Source of the DNA: an uncultured virus (IMG/VR IMGVR_UViG_3300028552_000002)
Taxonomy: Duplodnaviria; Heunggongvirae; Uroviricota; Caudoviricetes
Virus record (IMG/VR): IMGVR_UViG_3300028552_000002
Strand: one strand, 5' to 3'
Length of the DNA: 20,000 nt
Part shown: piece after piece, positions 1-7,797 of the stretch
How the letters are laid out: each line of letters opens with the position of its first letter
How positions within the stretch are numbered: position 1 is the stretch's first letter
Position numbers and translations under genes: made by a program
Notes under the pieces: model-generated
Seen by the model: the letters and a program-made list of their open reading frames with translations, nothing else
Databases searched by the model: none
What the model was told of the DNA's origin: nothing

Positions 1-1
1 T

Positions 2-115
2 TTAAGAAATGGCATTTCTACTGATAAGTTTGATATGGATGAATTGCTGCAATTTGAAGCAGAATGCGACGTTTTGATAGGGTCTGACCAAAGATTTACT
101 AAGGGATCTTTTTAA
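2..115 (+). CDS. 3' end of an upstream gene (partial, hypothetical)
   Basis: Frame 2 is open from the window edge (LRNGISTDKFDMDELLQFEAECDVLIGSDQRFTKGSF) to TAA at 113-115, same strand as the following genes. Confidence 0.4.
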   Translation, partial: LRNGISTDKFDMDELLQFEAECDVLIGSDQRFTKGSF

Positions 116-150
116 GAGAGGTTTGGTATGTTGAGCTAAAGGAAATTGTA

Positions 151-570
151 ATGAAATTTTTTAAAATTATTTGGAACAGATTTCTTAATCTATTGTTTGA
201 GAATATTCAATCTAACACAAAGGTAAATACTATGAGCGATCTTAACGTTTTGAACGACAATGTTATCCCGAATCAGGCGCCTATTCTTCCTTCACTGTCC
301 GATGGCGCATCCCAAATTGGGTCAGGTGTTGCCGCTCCTGGATCTGCTACTGTTATTGGTGGCCCTGGCGCTAATGTATTGACAGCAAGTGTAGGCACTT
401 CCCCGGCACAAGCCGCAGCCATCGTAGCAGCACAAGCGCCTGCACAGTCCGCAGTTCCTCGCACGCTTCAGAATAAAATATCATTGTACAAAAAATTCAA
501 GGAAGTCTTAGGGACAGACTTTGACGACGTAGAAGACGATTTTATTAAAATACTTGATAAACTCGTCTAA
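151..570 (+). CDS. hypothetical protein, Ala/Pro/Gly-rich centre (alternative start at 232)
   Basis: 139-aa ORF with SD-like AAGGA before ATG151 and AAGGT before ATG232. Confidence 0.7.
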   Translation: MKFFKIIWNRFLNLLFENIQSNTKVNTMSDLNVLNDNVIPNQAPILPSLSDGASQIGSGVAAPGSATVIGGPGANVLTASVGTSPAQAAAIVAAQAPAQSAVPRTLQNKISLYKKFKEVLGTDFDDVEDDFIKILDKLV

Positions 571-574
571 TTGT

Positions 575-610
575 TGCAAATAAAGGCTCATGGACGGGCC
601 TCTATTTGCA
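575..610 (+). promoter_or_regulatory. stem-loop with C-ATGGAC-G loop (CsrA/RsmA-type site) just upstream of an RBS
   Basis: TGCAAATA-a-AGGCTC-ATGGAC-GGGCCT-c-TATTTGCA; loop fits (A/U)CANGGANG; SD GAGAGG at 617-622. Confidence 0.5.
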
Positions 611-630
611 GTTAATGAGAGGTTTATATT

Positions 631-1365
631 ATGGCTTACACTGATTATACGACCGCTGTTGCTGATTCTTACGACGAATTAACCGACGTCATTTCTTTAA
701 ACATGGTTTCAGGTTGGCAACCTTACGGTTTCCCTATTATGATTTCTAGAAATAATTCACGTTCTTTTCAATTAATGCAGGCCATGGTAAAAGGCGGACC
801 GGTTGAAGCTACGATTACGGCTGACGATATTACCGACGCGGGCATTATGGGAAAAACGCTTATTCAGTCGAATGTTGCTTCCGATGTACAATCCGCTCTA
901 CATTACGCCGCTTCCGGTGCTAACTCCGATATCACATCACTTTCAGCGATCACGACACCGTTTACTGTCGCACAGGGAGGAACCGGCAGTAATATTGCCG
1001 CGACTTCTCGAACAAATTTAGGTGCGGCTGCATCCGGCATTAATTCAGACATTACGGCGCTCAATGGATTAACAACTGCGTTGCCGATTACGGAAGGAGG
1101 AACGGGAAACGCTTTAGGTAAAGCCGCAGCCCTGACAACGCCAAGCATTGTTTCATTGACCGGTGGAGCAACAGCGGTCGGCGTTTCTTTTGACGGATCA
1201 GCTAATCTTTCTCTAGCGACAGTGTTGGCTACTCCGACCACAGTCTTACGCGGCGGCGCTTTACAGATGACATTTACAACAGCGCTTTCTATTGCGCCCA
1301 CTGCGATAGATTTTAATGCTCTTCTTACTAAATTAATTGGTGCCGGATTGATGGCCGCGTCTTGA
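631..1365 (+). CDS. virion fibre/head-decoration-like protein with N-terminal DUF1737-like domain
   Basis: N-term ...GWQPYGFP...LMQAMVK (DUF1737-like); two fibre repeats AASGxNSDITxLxxxTT...GGTG; C-term RGGALQ...DFNALLTKLIGAGLM resembles phage head-fibre C-termini; SD GAGAGG. Confidence 0.7.
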   Translation: MAYTDYTTAVADSYDELTDVISLNMVSGWQPYGFPIMISRNNSRSFQLMQAMVKGGPVEATITADDITDAGIMGKTLIQSNVASDVQSALHYAASGANSDITSLSAITTPFTVAQGGTGSNIAATSRTNLGAAASGINSDITALNGLTTALPITEGGTGNALGKAAALTTPSIVSLTGGATAVGVSFDGSANLSLATVLATPTTVLRGGALQMTFTTALSIAPTAIDFNALLTKLIGAGLMAAS

Positions 1366-1612
1366 TTTTGTACTTTATTTGAGCAATTTGGCTGTCCAGT
1401 TGGGCGGCCTTTTCAGCTTTAGAGGTCGGAGGATTGACGTAAAGTGTAAGTAAGTGTTGCGAAAGCAGATAGTTGAAAAATCGATTGACAAAGCATAAAA
1501 ATTGTAATTTTTCAGAATTTTGGGAATTGCCGCGAAAATGTACAGAAATCGGTTAAGTTTTAATCGCACGTTCCCACGTAATCGGGACGAATTCTCGTGA
1601 TAAGTCTCATGC

Positions 1613-1845
1613 GATAAAACTAAGGTCCTATAGGCTACTGTTTTATATAGATATAATTTTCTAAATTGCCTTACTTTACCACGTACTCGGCAGAAAGTTA
1701 AAATTTTCATTGTTCCATAAGAACGAGAATGTACTCGAGCTTTCTAAACTATATATACATACTTATATGTTATACATGGTAAAGTAAGGTGATATAGAAA
1801 ATAGTAGATATAGAAAACAATGACTTACAGAACTTTAGTTTTATC
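1613..1845. repeat. long imperfect inverted repeat (73-bp arms 1613-1685 and 1773-1845, 87-bp spacer); candidate origin or packaging site
   Basis: Ungapped alignment 57/73 identical by hand count, with perfect cores GATAAAACTAA and CCTTACTTTACCA; lies in AT-rich non-coding DNA upstream of terS. Confidence 0.85.
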
Positions 1846-1976
1846 ATTCGGCAAAAAATCACGACTTTTTTTATCGGCAGACGACTTTTTGTAATGCACA
1901 CCTCGCGGCAATAGTCAAATTTATTTCATCCATCCAAATCGGTCATAAAATGACCATAAAGGATTTAAATGTTTGC

Positions 1977-2005
1977 TTGCTGTCGCGGCCATAAACTTTT
2001 AGAAT
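1977..2005 (+). promoter_or_regulatory. sigma70-like promoter for terS
   Basis: TTGCTG-N17-TAGAAT, 29 nt before ATG2035. Confidence 0.5.
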
Positions 2006-2034
2006 TTACATATGGTTTTAAATGGAATTTTTAT

Positions 2035-2577
2035 ATGGCATATAATTTTAAAGATGATTACGTATTGGAGGTGGAACAATTTGCCTTACGCAACTACGCA
2101 GACGAAAACCGGGCGTCATTCGATTTGTATATCGAAAACAGGCTGCGCGGCGCGGCCCCGATCACGTGCTTAATGGTTAGCTTTGGCCTGGATTACATAT
2201 CTGACGGCCATGGAAATAATCGCACTATCATGCTTGAAAGTAATCCATATTACATCGAACAATTTGAATCACGGCTGCAAGATCTAAAATTGATGAAATT
2301 ATGGAATCCAGGTATGTCGGCGCATTCTCTCGTTTCTTTAGTCAAAAGCGATGAGACAAAAGATAACGTCAGATTGAGCGCGATAAAAGAGCTGAATGTT
2401 ATTTTCGGCATTACTGTTGTCGATGAGAACGGAAGGACCCGAGCTGTACGTAAATTGGACGATTTTTACAGGGAAGAGGCAGATATGGCCCAGGATGACG
2501 AAGAGTTGGACGACGAAGAGACCGAGACAGACGAAAATCCTTCACCAGCGGAACAAGGTGACGATTCAGAGGTGTAG
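2035..2577 (+). CDS. terS: probable terminase small subunit
   Basis: Same strand as and upstream of terL; RLSAIKELNVIFGIT resembles TerS oligomerisation helix; acidic tail; start moved from 1969 to ATG2035, downstream of the promoter. Confidence 0.55.
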   Translation: MAYNFKDDYVLEVEQFALRNYADENRASFDLYIENRLRGAAPITCLMVSFGLDYISDGHGNNRTIMLESNPYYIEQFESRLQDLKLMKLWNPGMSAHSLVSLVKSDETKDNVRLSAIKELNVIFGITVVDENGRTRAVRKLDDFYREEADMAQDDEELDDEETETDENPSPAEQGDDSEV

Positions 2578-2605
2578 GCATATGATTGTATTGGCTAACC
2601 AGATA

Positions 2606-2640
2606 AAAGCCCGTAGCGTTCGATTTACGGGCTTTCTTTT
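2606..2640. terminator. intrinsic terminator, probably bidirectional
   Basis: AAAGCCCGTA-loop-TACGGGCTTT followed by CTTTT; lies between convergent genes. Confidence 0.8.
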
Positions 2641-2722
2641 GTAATCGTAATGTTAAATAAGAGTAATAGAAATGATTGGCGCGGCAAGTTCGGTAAAAAC
2701 TCTTCCTTTTTTATTTCTAATT

Positions 2723-3064
2723 TCATTTAATAAGAACGTTAAAAGATTTTTTAATGCACTCACGCAAATATAACTCTTGTATCCGAACTTCACGACATTT
2801 GTCGTAAAATGTTGGATAAGCCAAATCATTCAGCGCGGCTATATCAAATTTATTTAACGAAACGGCAGGCATGACAAAATCATAAACTGATTTGCCAGAT
2901 CTAACACCGCCCAAGTTGCTTTTATATTGCTCATATTCTTTAGCCTCAATCTCAAATTGTGGTAGTTCTTTCGGCAGCAAAAATCTTTCAGGAATGCCAA
3001 ACAAAGTTGACAAATCTTTCATGACTTGTTCGTGAAGGCGTTTAAGTTCAGAGTCGTTTATCAT
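2723..3064 (-). CDS. hypothetical protein (contains GGVRSGKS)
   Basis: 113-aa ORF, SD GAGGA, overlaps the upstream gene. Confidence 0.7.
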   Translation of the reverse strand: MINDSELKRLHEQVMKDLSTLFGIPERFLLPKELPQFEIEAKEYEQYKSNLGGVRSGKSVYDFVMPAVSLNKFDIAALNDLAYPTFYDKCREVRIQELYLRECIKKSFNVLIK

Positions 3065-3245
3065 TAATGAGATCCTCTAGTCGCATAAGGCATTCAAGCT
3101 CTTGACGCAACATGATTCTATTGATTGCATCAAAAACTTGAATGCCTGTATTGAATCCATATTCGTCAAACAATTCATCAAAAGATTTAAATTGCTTCTT
3201 ACTTAATCCCGTTGACTCGCTTGTAATCGGAAACTTGTTTTGCAT
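3048..3245 (-). CDS. hypothetical protein
   Basis: 65-aa ORF, SD AGGA, supplies the RBS context of the next gene. Confidence 0.55.
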   Translation of the reverse strand: MQNKFPITSESTGLSKKQFKSFDELFDEYGFNTGIQVFDAINRIMLRQELECLMRLEDLINDKRL

Positions 3246-3627
3246 AAACTTTTCCTAAATAAAGGTAGCCGGTTTTCGTCCATTTGAAATATTCGAGAGC
3301 TTGCCGGTGACCGTCTGAAAGGGTAATCGCGGGTTCAACCGCGTCCGCCGTCCAGCATAGAGGCATTACGACGATACCCTGATTATCCATCACATAGGCG
3401 TCATACTCGCCTGGAGAGCATGGCCCCTGTACATTCGTCAACTCAAGCAGTTGATAGCGTGTGATGGCCTCTACGGCGATTACGTCGGGGTGCGTCAGCT
3501 TTTCCTGTATCGTTTGGTCCTGCGCCTGGAGAACGTCGCCGACCTGTCCAGGGTAAATCGGTGCCGAAACAGCAGAAAATCCTGTCATCAAAAACGAACA
3601 TAAAATAACCAATTTGAGCTTGTTCAT
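3199..3627 (-). CDS. exported protein with Sec signal peptide
   Basis: MNKLKLVILCSFLMTGFSAVSA-P signal-like N-terminus; two Cys in the mature part; SD GAGGAG; visibly GC-richer than neighbours. Confidence 0.8.
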   Translation of the reverse strand: MNKLKLVILCSFLMTGFSAVSAPIYPGQVGDVLQAQDQTIQEKLTHPDVIAVEAITRYQLLELTNVQGPCSPGEYDAYVMDNQGIVVMPLCWTADAVEPAITLSDGHRQALEYFKWTKTGYLYLGKVYAKQVSDYKRVNGIK

Positions 3628-3657
3628 TGTCGTTTACTCCTCATCTGGATTGAAAAG

Positions 3658-3864
3658 CTAATCAGTGAAAGGCTGACCATAAACGGAAATAGCTTTATCT
3701 CGCGCTGAACGTTTTTCAGTCTCCATGTGACGCGCAATAACGTCAGATAAAAACTTACAAAACTGTTCATCATTCATATCTTGAACATCTACCGGGCTGG
3801 TTGTTATCGAAACTATTTTGTCAGTGTTTATCATTTTATCATTCCTAGAGCGTAAACCTTTCAT
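3658..3864 (-). CDS. hypothetical protein
   Basis: ATGA-coupled to the upstream stop at 3861-3863. Confidence 0.65.
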   Translation of the reverse strand: MKGLRSRNDKMINTDKIVSITTSPVDVQDMNDEQFCKFLSDVIARHMETEKRSARDKAISVYGQPFTD

Positions 3865-4079
3865 TCTACTTTCTTCCATTGAGAAAACGTTCCATCAAGA
3901 GAGCAATAACGAGCCTCGTTTACATCATCAAAAATGATAAATCCGTTATATAAAACTTTTCCGCCACAAGCAATGTCTTTGCCACCAGGGCCAACGACTA
4001 CAGAATAAATTTTGTTCATCGTCAAATCTTCGACGAAATCAGACATTCCAATTAGTTTTACTTTATCGCCAGCTTTCAT
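3861..4079 (-). CDS. hypothetical protein (MKAGDKV SH3/KOW-like start)
   Basis: 72 aa, ATGA coupling, SD AAGGTG. Confidence 0.75.
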   Translation of the reverse strand: MKAGDKVKLIGMSDFVEDLTMNKIYSVVVGPGGKDIACGGKVLYNGFIIFDDVNEARYCSLDGTFSQWKKVE

Positions 4080-4282
4080 TTCTTCACCTTATCTAAACAC
4101 GTATCAAGATTTGAAATCATACGCATCATCATTATATTCTGAAGAGTTTCTATGCAATCAGGATCTTCACCATAAATAGCCATGCATTTTAAACATGTGC
4201 CACCGCAATTGTAAAATTCTGATTCGGTATCTTCAGTTAAAGGATGTTTGCATATATCGCAATGAAATTTTGAGTTTTTCAT
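4076..4282 (-). CDS. small Cys-rich zinc-finger-like protein
   Basis: CDIC...CGGTCLKC; ATGA coupling; SD GAGGTG. Confidence 0.75.
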   Translation of the reverse strand: MKNSKFHCDICKHPLTEDTESEFYNCGGTCLKCMAIYGEDPDCIETLQNIMMMRMISNLDTCLDKVKK

Positions 4283-4602
4283 TTCTTCACCTCGAATTTA
4301 TACGTTTTCCCGTTATAAACAAAGTCCAAAGCGCCAACCTTTTTCAGTCTCGTTCTGAATCTCGAATGTTTATACAACGGTAAGCCCAAAACGTTGAAAG
4401 CGTGGGCGACGGACTTGAATTCGTCCACGCTTTCGTAAGGAAACCATTGCACAAAAACATGATTGCGTGTTGTCCTGGCTTTAAAAATTCGTGGATTGTC
4501 CCACGTCTCTTTTATTTGAGAAGATCTCTCTTTATTTCTTTTCTTTTCGTCCGAAATAAAGTTCTGATCGAATTCTTCTTTTAATTCTTGTTCAGTTTTC
4601 AT
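4279..4602 (-). CDS. basic putative DNA-binding protein, resembles a PB1-like conserved protein
   Basis: ETWDNP..KARTTR...FKSVAHAFNVLGLP...RFRTRLKK...FVYNGKTYKF recalls a Pbunavirus conserved ORF; ATG4602 preferred over TTG4623. Confidence 0.65.
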   Translation of the reverse strand: MKTEQELKEEFDQNFISDEKKRNKERSSQIKETWDNPRIFKARTTRNHVFVQWFPYESVDEFKSVAHAFNVLGLPLYKHSRFRTRLKKVGALDFVYNGKTYKFEVKK

Positions 4603-4633
4603 AACCCTATCATCCAAAATCAATCTACATAAA

Positions 4634-4673
4634 CGTCAATGAACAGTATGCCCTTTCCAGCCAATGAACGCAA
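4634..4673 (-). promoter_or_regulatory. leftward sigma70-like promoter overlapped by two CAATGAAC boxes
   Basis: TTGCGT(4673-4668)-N17-CATACT(4650-4645); boxes CGTCAATGAACA 4634-4645 and AGCCAATGAACG 4659-4670. Confidence 0.65.
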
Positions 4674-4737
4674 GAGCTTTCGATACTTAAGAAAAACTGA
4701 TATATTAGGAACATAAAAATAATGAGGAATTGTTGTT

Positions 4738-7272
4738 ATGTTATCCGATTTTAGATTCAACGCCACGACTAAGGGATTTAAGCTCAACCCGGCGCTACGC
4801 AGTACGTGGAGCAAGCCCTCAGATGTGAAAGTGATTTACGGCGGACGGGCAAGTTCAAAATGCTTAGGACTAGGTACCCAAGTCATGATGTTCAATGGCA
4901 CGTTAAAAGCTGTTGAAAATATTAGAGTAGGGGATCTGGTCATGGGACCGGACAGCTTGCCACGAAAAGTTCTGGATACGACGCGCGGCAAGTCGCAACT
5001 TTATTTAGTGCATCAATCAACTGCCATGGATTACATAGTCAACGATGAACATATATTGTCGTTGAAGCGCACCAAATCATCTTACAAAAGCAAACCTCTT
5101 GCAAATGTGGAAGGATATTCAATCCGGTATCCTGAATATGGAGACGTCGCAAATATATCAATCAAAGAATATATGGCAAGATCTAATAAGTTTAAGACTA
5201 ATTTTTTAGGGTACAAGGCTGGACTTATTTCTTTCGAAGAACAGGAAATTAAAATTGATCCTTATTATTTAGGATTGTGGTTAGGAGATGGGGATCGTGA
5301 TAATGCAATCATCACAACAATGGACGAAGAAATAATTGACTACATGGAATCTTTTTCTATCAGTCAAAATATGAAAATGTATTTCGTTGGAAATAATGGA
5401 TCTAAAGCGTCTAAATATAGAATAGCTGAATATCAGAAGGGCGGAAAAAATAGAATATTAACTGCCTTAAACGAATACGGAATTTTAACATATTTTACTA
5501 GGAAAGATAAAAAAGTAATCAGAAATAAAGTAGACAAAAGAATCCCTAAAGAATATATAAATAATTCAGAAGATATTAGATTAAAATTGTTGGCCGGATT
5601 GATAGATACTGATGGAACCTATTTAAAAAAACGTGCATCAATGGTTATTGTTTCTTCATGCGAAAACATGGCTAAAGACATAAAACTTTTAGTTGATACA
5701 TTAGGGTTTAAATCTTCAATTTTAAAAAGAACGACTACAGCTCAAAATAATTTTGTTGGAACTGCATGGTCAATAACATTTTCTGGAAATCTTAACAGAA
5801 TTCCAACCTTATTGCCTAGAAAAAAAGCTATAGAAAATAAAATTAATTGTAAAAATCATCTTACAACATACACAACCGTTTCAGATTATGGTTATGGAGA
5901 ATATGCCGGTTTCTCTGTAAACGGAGATCATTTATTTTGTTTAGCAGACGGAACCGTTACGCACAATTCACATGATGCAGCCGGTCACGCCATCTATCTC
6001 GCCCAACGATTTACTTTACGATTTCTTTGCGCGCGGCAATTTCAAAATCGTATCAGCGAATCCGTTTATACATTGCTTTGCGAAAAAATAGCCGTCTCTG
6101 GATTTAAAAGTGAATTTATTATTACCAAAAATTCAATCAAACATAGATACACCGGGTCGGAATTTATCTTTTATGGTATTGCACGCAATTTGTCAGAAAT
6201 AAAATCTGCCGAAGGAATCGATGTTCTCTGGCTGGAAGAAGCAAACTATTTAACAGAAATACAGTGGACGACAATTGAACCTACCATCCGCGCGAATCAT
6301 TCTGAAATATGGATAATATTTAATCCTGGCAATATAACTGATTTTGCCTATCAACGCTTCGTCGTTAATCCACCTAAAGGCGCTATCGTTAGAAAAATAA
6401 ACTGGGATGAAAATCCATTTTTATCTCCAAAAATGGTACGCGTTATTAAAGCAGCGTATGCCGAAAATAAAGAACAGGCAGATCATATTTACGGCGGAGA
6501 ACCAATGACCGGCGCGGACAAATCTGTTATCAATCTTAAGTTCATACTTGCGGCGAAAGATGCCCATCTTAAAATTCCTGAATGGCCTAAAGATAGTGTG
6601 CGTAGGAGTGGCTACGACGTTGCAGATGATGGAGAAGATCTTAATGCAATCGTCGATTTTATTGATAATATTATCTGCCATGTCGAAGAATGGAAAGGAC
6701 TTGAAGATCAGCTAAATAAATCTGCGCATCGCGTTTATAATCATGCAATGCAAAATAATACGACGGTGACATACGATGCGACAGGGCTCGGCCGCAATAT
6801 GGGATCTAATTTCAAAGATTTTAATGCCGTTAATAAAGAAAAAAATATTCCTTTCAAATTAATTTATGATGCCTTCAATGCGGGGGCTGGCGTCCATCAT
6901 CCAGATAAAGTTTTTCTTAAGCTGCCACATTTAAATGTTACCAATAAAGAATATTTCGAGAACGTGAAAGCGCAAGGATGGGTAGAAGTAGGGGAACGGT
7001 TCAGAAAAACATATGAACGCGTTGAGTTAGGAATTATGCACCCAATAGAAGAATTGATTTCTATTGACACATCTAAAGTAAAAGAACCTTATCTTACGAA
7101 AATGTGTTTTGAATTATCAACGCCATTAAAAGACACGAGCAATAATGGTAAATTTATGGTCGAAACTAAAAAGGATCTGAAAAAACGCGACATCAAATCA
7201 CCTAACATTGCCGATGCCGCGATTATGGCCGTGATGAAACCGGTACGTAAAGCCATGGGATTCTTTGATTAA
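4738..7272 (+). CDS. terL: terminase large subunit, intein-containing (844-aa precursor, 475 aa spliced)
   Basis: Walker A YGGRASSK|S, Walker B DVLWLEEA, ARQFQNRISESVY, nuclease motifs GYDVADDGED, YDATGLG, SPNIADA; SD GAGGA. Confidence 0.97.
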   Translation: MLSDFRFNATTKGFKLNPALRSTWSKPSDVKVIYGGRASSKCLGLGTQVMMFNGTLKAVENIRVGDLVMGPDSLPRKVLDTTRGKSQLYLVHQSTAMDYIVNDEHILSLKRTKSSYKSKPLANVEGYSIRYPEYGDVANISIKEYMARSNKFKTNFLGYKAGLISFEEQEIKIDPYYLGLWLGDGDRDNAIITTMDEEIIDYMESFSISQNMKMYFVGNNGSKASKYRIAEYQKGGKNRILTALNEYGILTYFTRKDKKVIRNKVDKRIPKEYINNSEDIRLKLLAGLIDTDGTYLKKRASMVIVSSCENMAKDIKLLVDTLGFKSSILKRTTTAQNNFVGTAWSITFSGNLNRIPTLLPRKKAIENKINCKNHLTTYTTVSDYGYGEYAGFSVNGDHLFCLADGTVTHNSHDAAGHAIYLAQRFTLRFLCARQFQNRISESVYTLLCEKIAVSGFKSEFIITKNSIKHRYTGSEFIFYGIARNLSEIKSAEGIDVLWLEEANYLTEIQWTTIEPTIRANHSEIWIIFNPGNITDFAYQRFVVNPPKGAIVRKINWDENPFLSPKMVRVIKAAYAENKEQADHIYGGEPMTGADKSVINLKFILAAKDAHLKIPEWPKDSVRRSGYDVADDGEDLNAIVDFIDNIICHVEEWKGLEDQLNKSAHRVYNHAMQNNTTVTYDATGLGRNMGSNFKDFNAVNKEKNIPFKLIYDAFNAGAGVHHPDKVFLKLPHLNVTNKEYFENVKAQGWVEVGERFRKTYERVELGIMHPIEELISIDTSKVKEPYLTKMCFELSTPLKDTSNNGKFMVETKKDLKKRDIKSPNIADAAIMAVMKPVRKAMGFFD
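4861..5967 (+). mobile_element. intein with LAGLIDADG homing endonuclease (369 aa)
   Basis: Starts CLGLGT, block B VNDEHIL, ends GTVTHN followed by Ser+1; LAGLIDADG helices YYLGLWLGDG and LLAGLIDTDG; removal restores GGRASSKSHDAAG. Confidence 0.96.
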
Positions 7273-7751
7273 TCTTTCCTTGGAATATCAGCTATCAGGA
7301 AAGGGTCTATAATAATTGACGAACCATTATCGCTCAAAGCAAAAGACTGATCATCTTTTGCTTTGACTATAGATTCTATCGATGTTCCATTCAATATTTT
7401 CAACGCGGTATTCGCTTTTAAAATATGTTCCTTTGAATACTCAATTTCGTTAATTTTTCGATTATAAAAATTCGATAAAGCTTTTTCTTTTGTGTCTTGA
7501 AATGAGGAAGTTTTTCCTTCTTTCAAAGTTTTAAAAGTGTTTCGTTTGATAGTTTCTTTTGAATATCCAAGGAAATTAGAACTGTCGTTTTTGTTTAAGT
7601 TCCAAAAATATTCATCTACCGAATAATAATATGCAAGAGTTTCTTTTATTACAACGCGTTTTCTTAAAACGACGACTATCTGCTTCCTTTCGTCGGTATA
7701 CGTTTCAATGGTATACTTTTCATCATAATCATATCGATATAAATATTTCAT
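7269..7751 (-). CDS. hypothetical protein
   Basis: 160-aa ORF, SD AGGA; its stop overlaps the terL stop (TTAA). Confidence 0.8.
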   Translation of the reverse strand: MKYLYRYDYDEKYTIETYTDERKQIVVVLRKRVVIKETLAYYYSVDEYFWNLNKNDSSNFLGYSKETIKRNTFKTLKEGKTSSFQDTKEKALSNFYNRKINEIEYSKEHILKANTALKILNGTSIESIVKAKDDQSFALSDNGSSIIIDPFLIADIPRKD

Positions 7752-7768
7752 AATAAAATCCTAAAATT

Positions 7769-7792
7769 AAGCCCTGAAGAACCAGGGCTTTT
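7769..7792 (+). terminator. GC hairpin with short T-tract; probable terminator of the terL transcript
   Basis: AAGCCCTG-AAGAAC-CAGGGCTT-TT. Confidence 0.55.
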
Positions 7793-7797
7793 ACAAA

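Noticed and set aside
1375..1710. 111-aa minus-strand ORF
   Set aside because: Runs through the inverted-repeat region, no clear SD, composition not protein-like; treated as non-coding
2890..2914. GGVRSGKS as evidence of a P-loop NTPase or second terminase
   Set aside because: 113-aa protein lacks the preceding hydrophobic strand and a Walker B; at most a remnant
4620..4814. 64-aa minus ORF overlapping the terL start
   Set aside because: Antisense shadow crossing the promoter/box region
7771..7788. GCCCTGAAGAA resemblance to lambda nutL boxB
   Set aside because: Loop and stem differ (extra CC), no boxA nearby and no N gene seen; a terminator explains it
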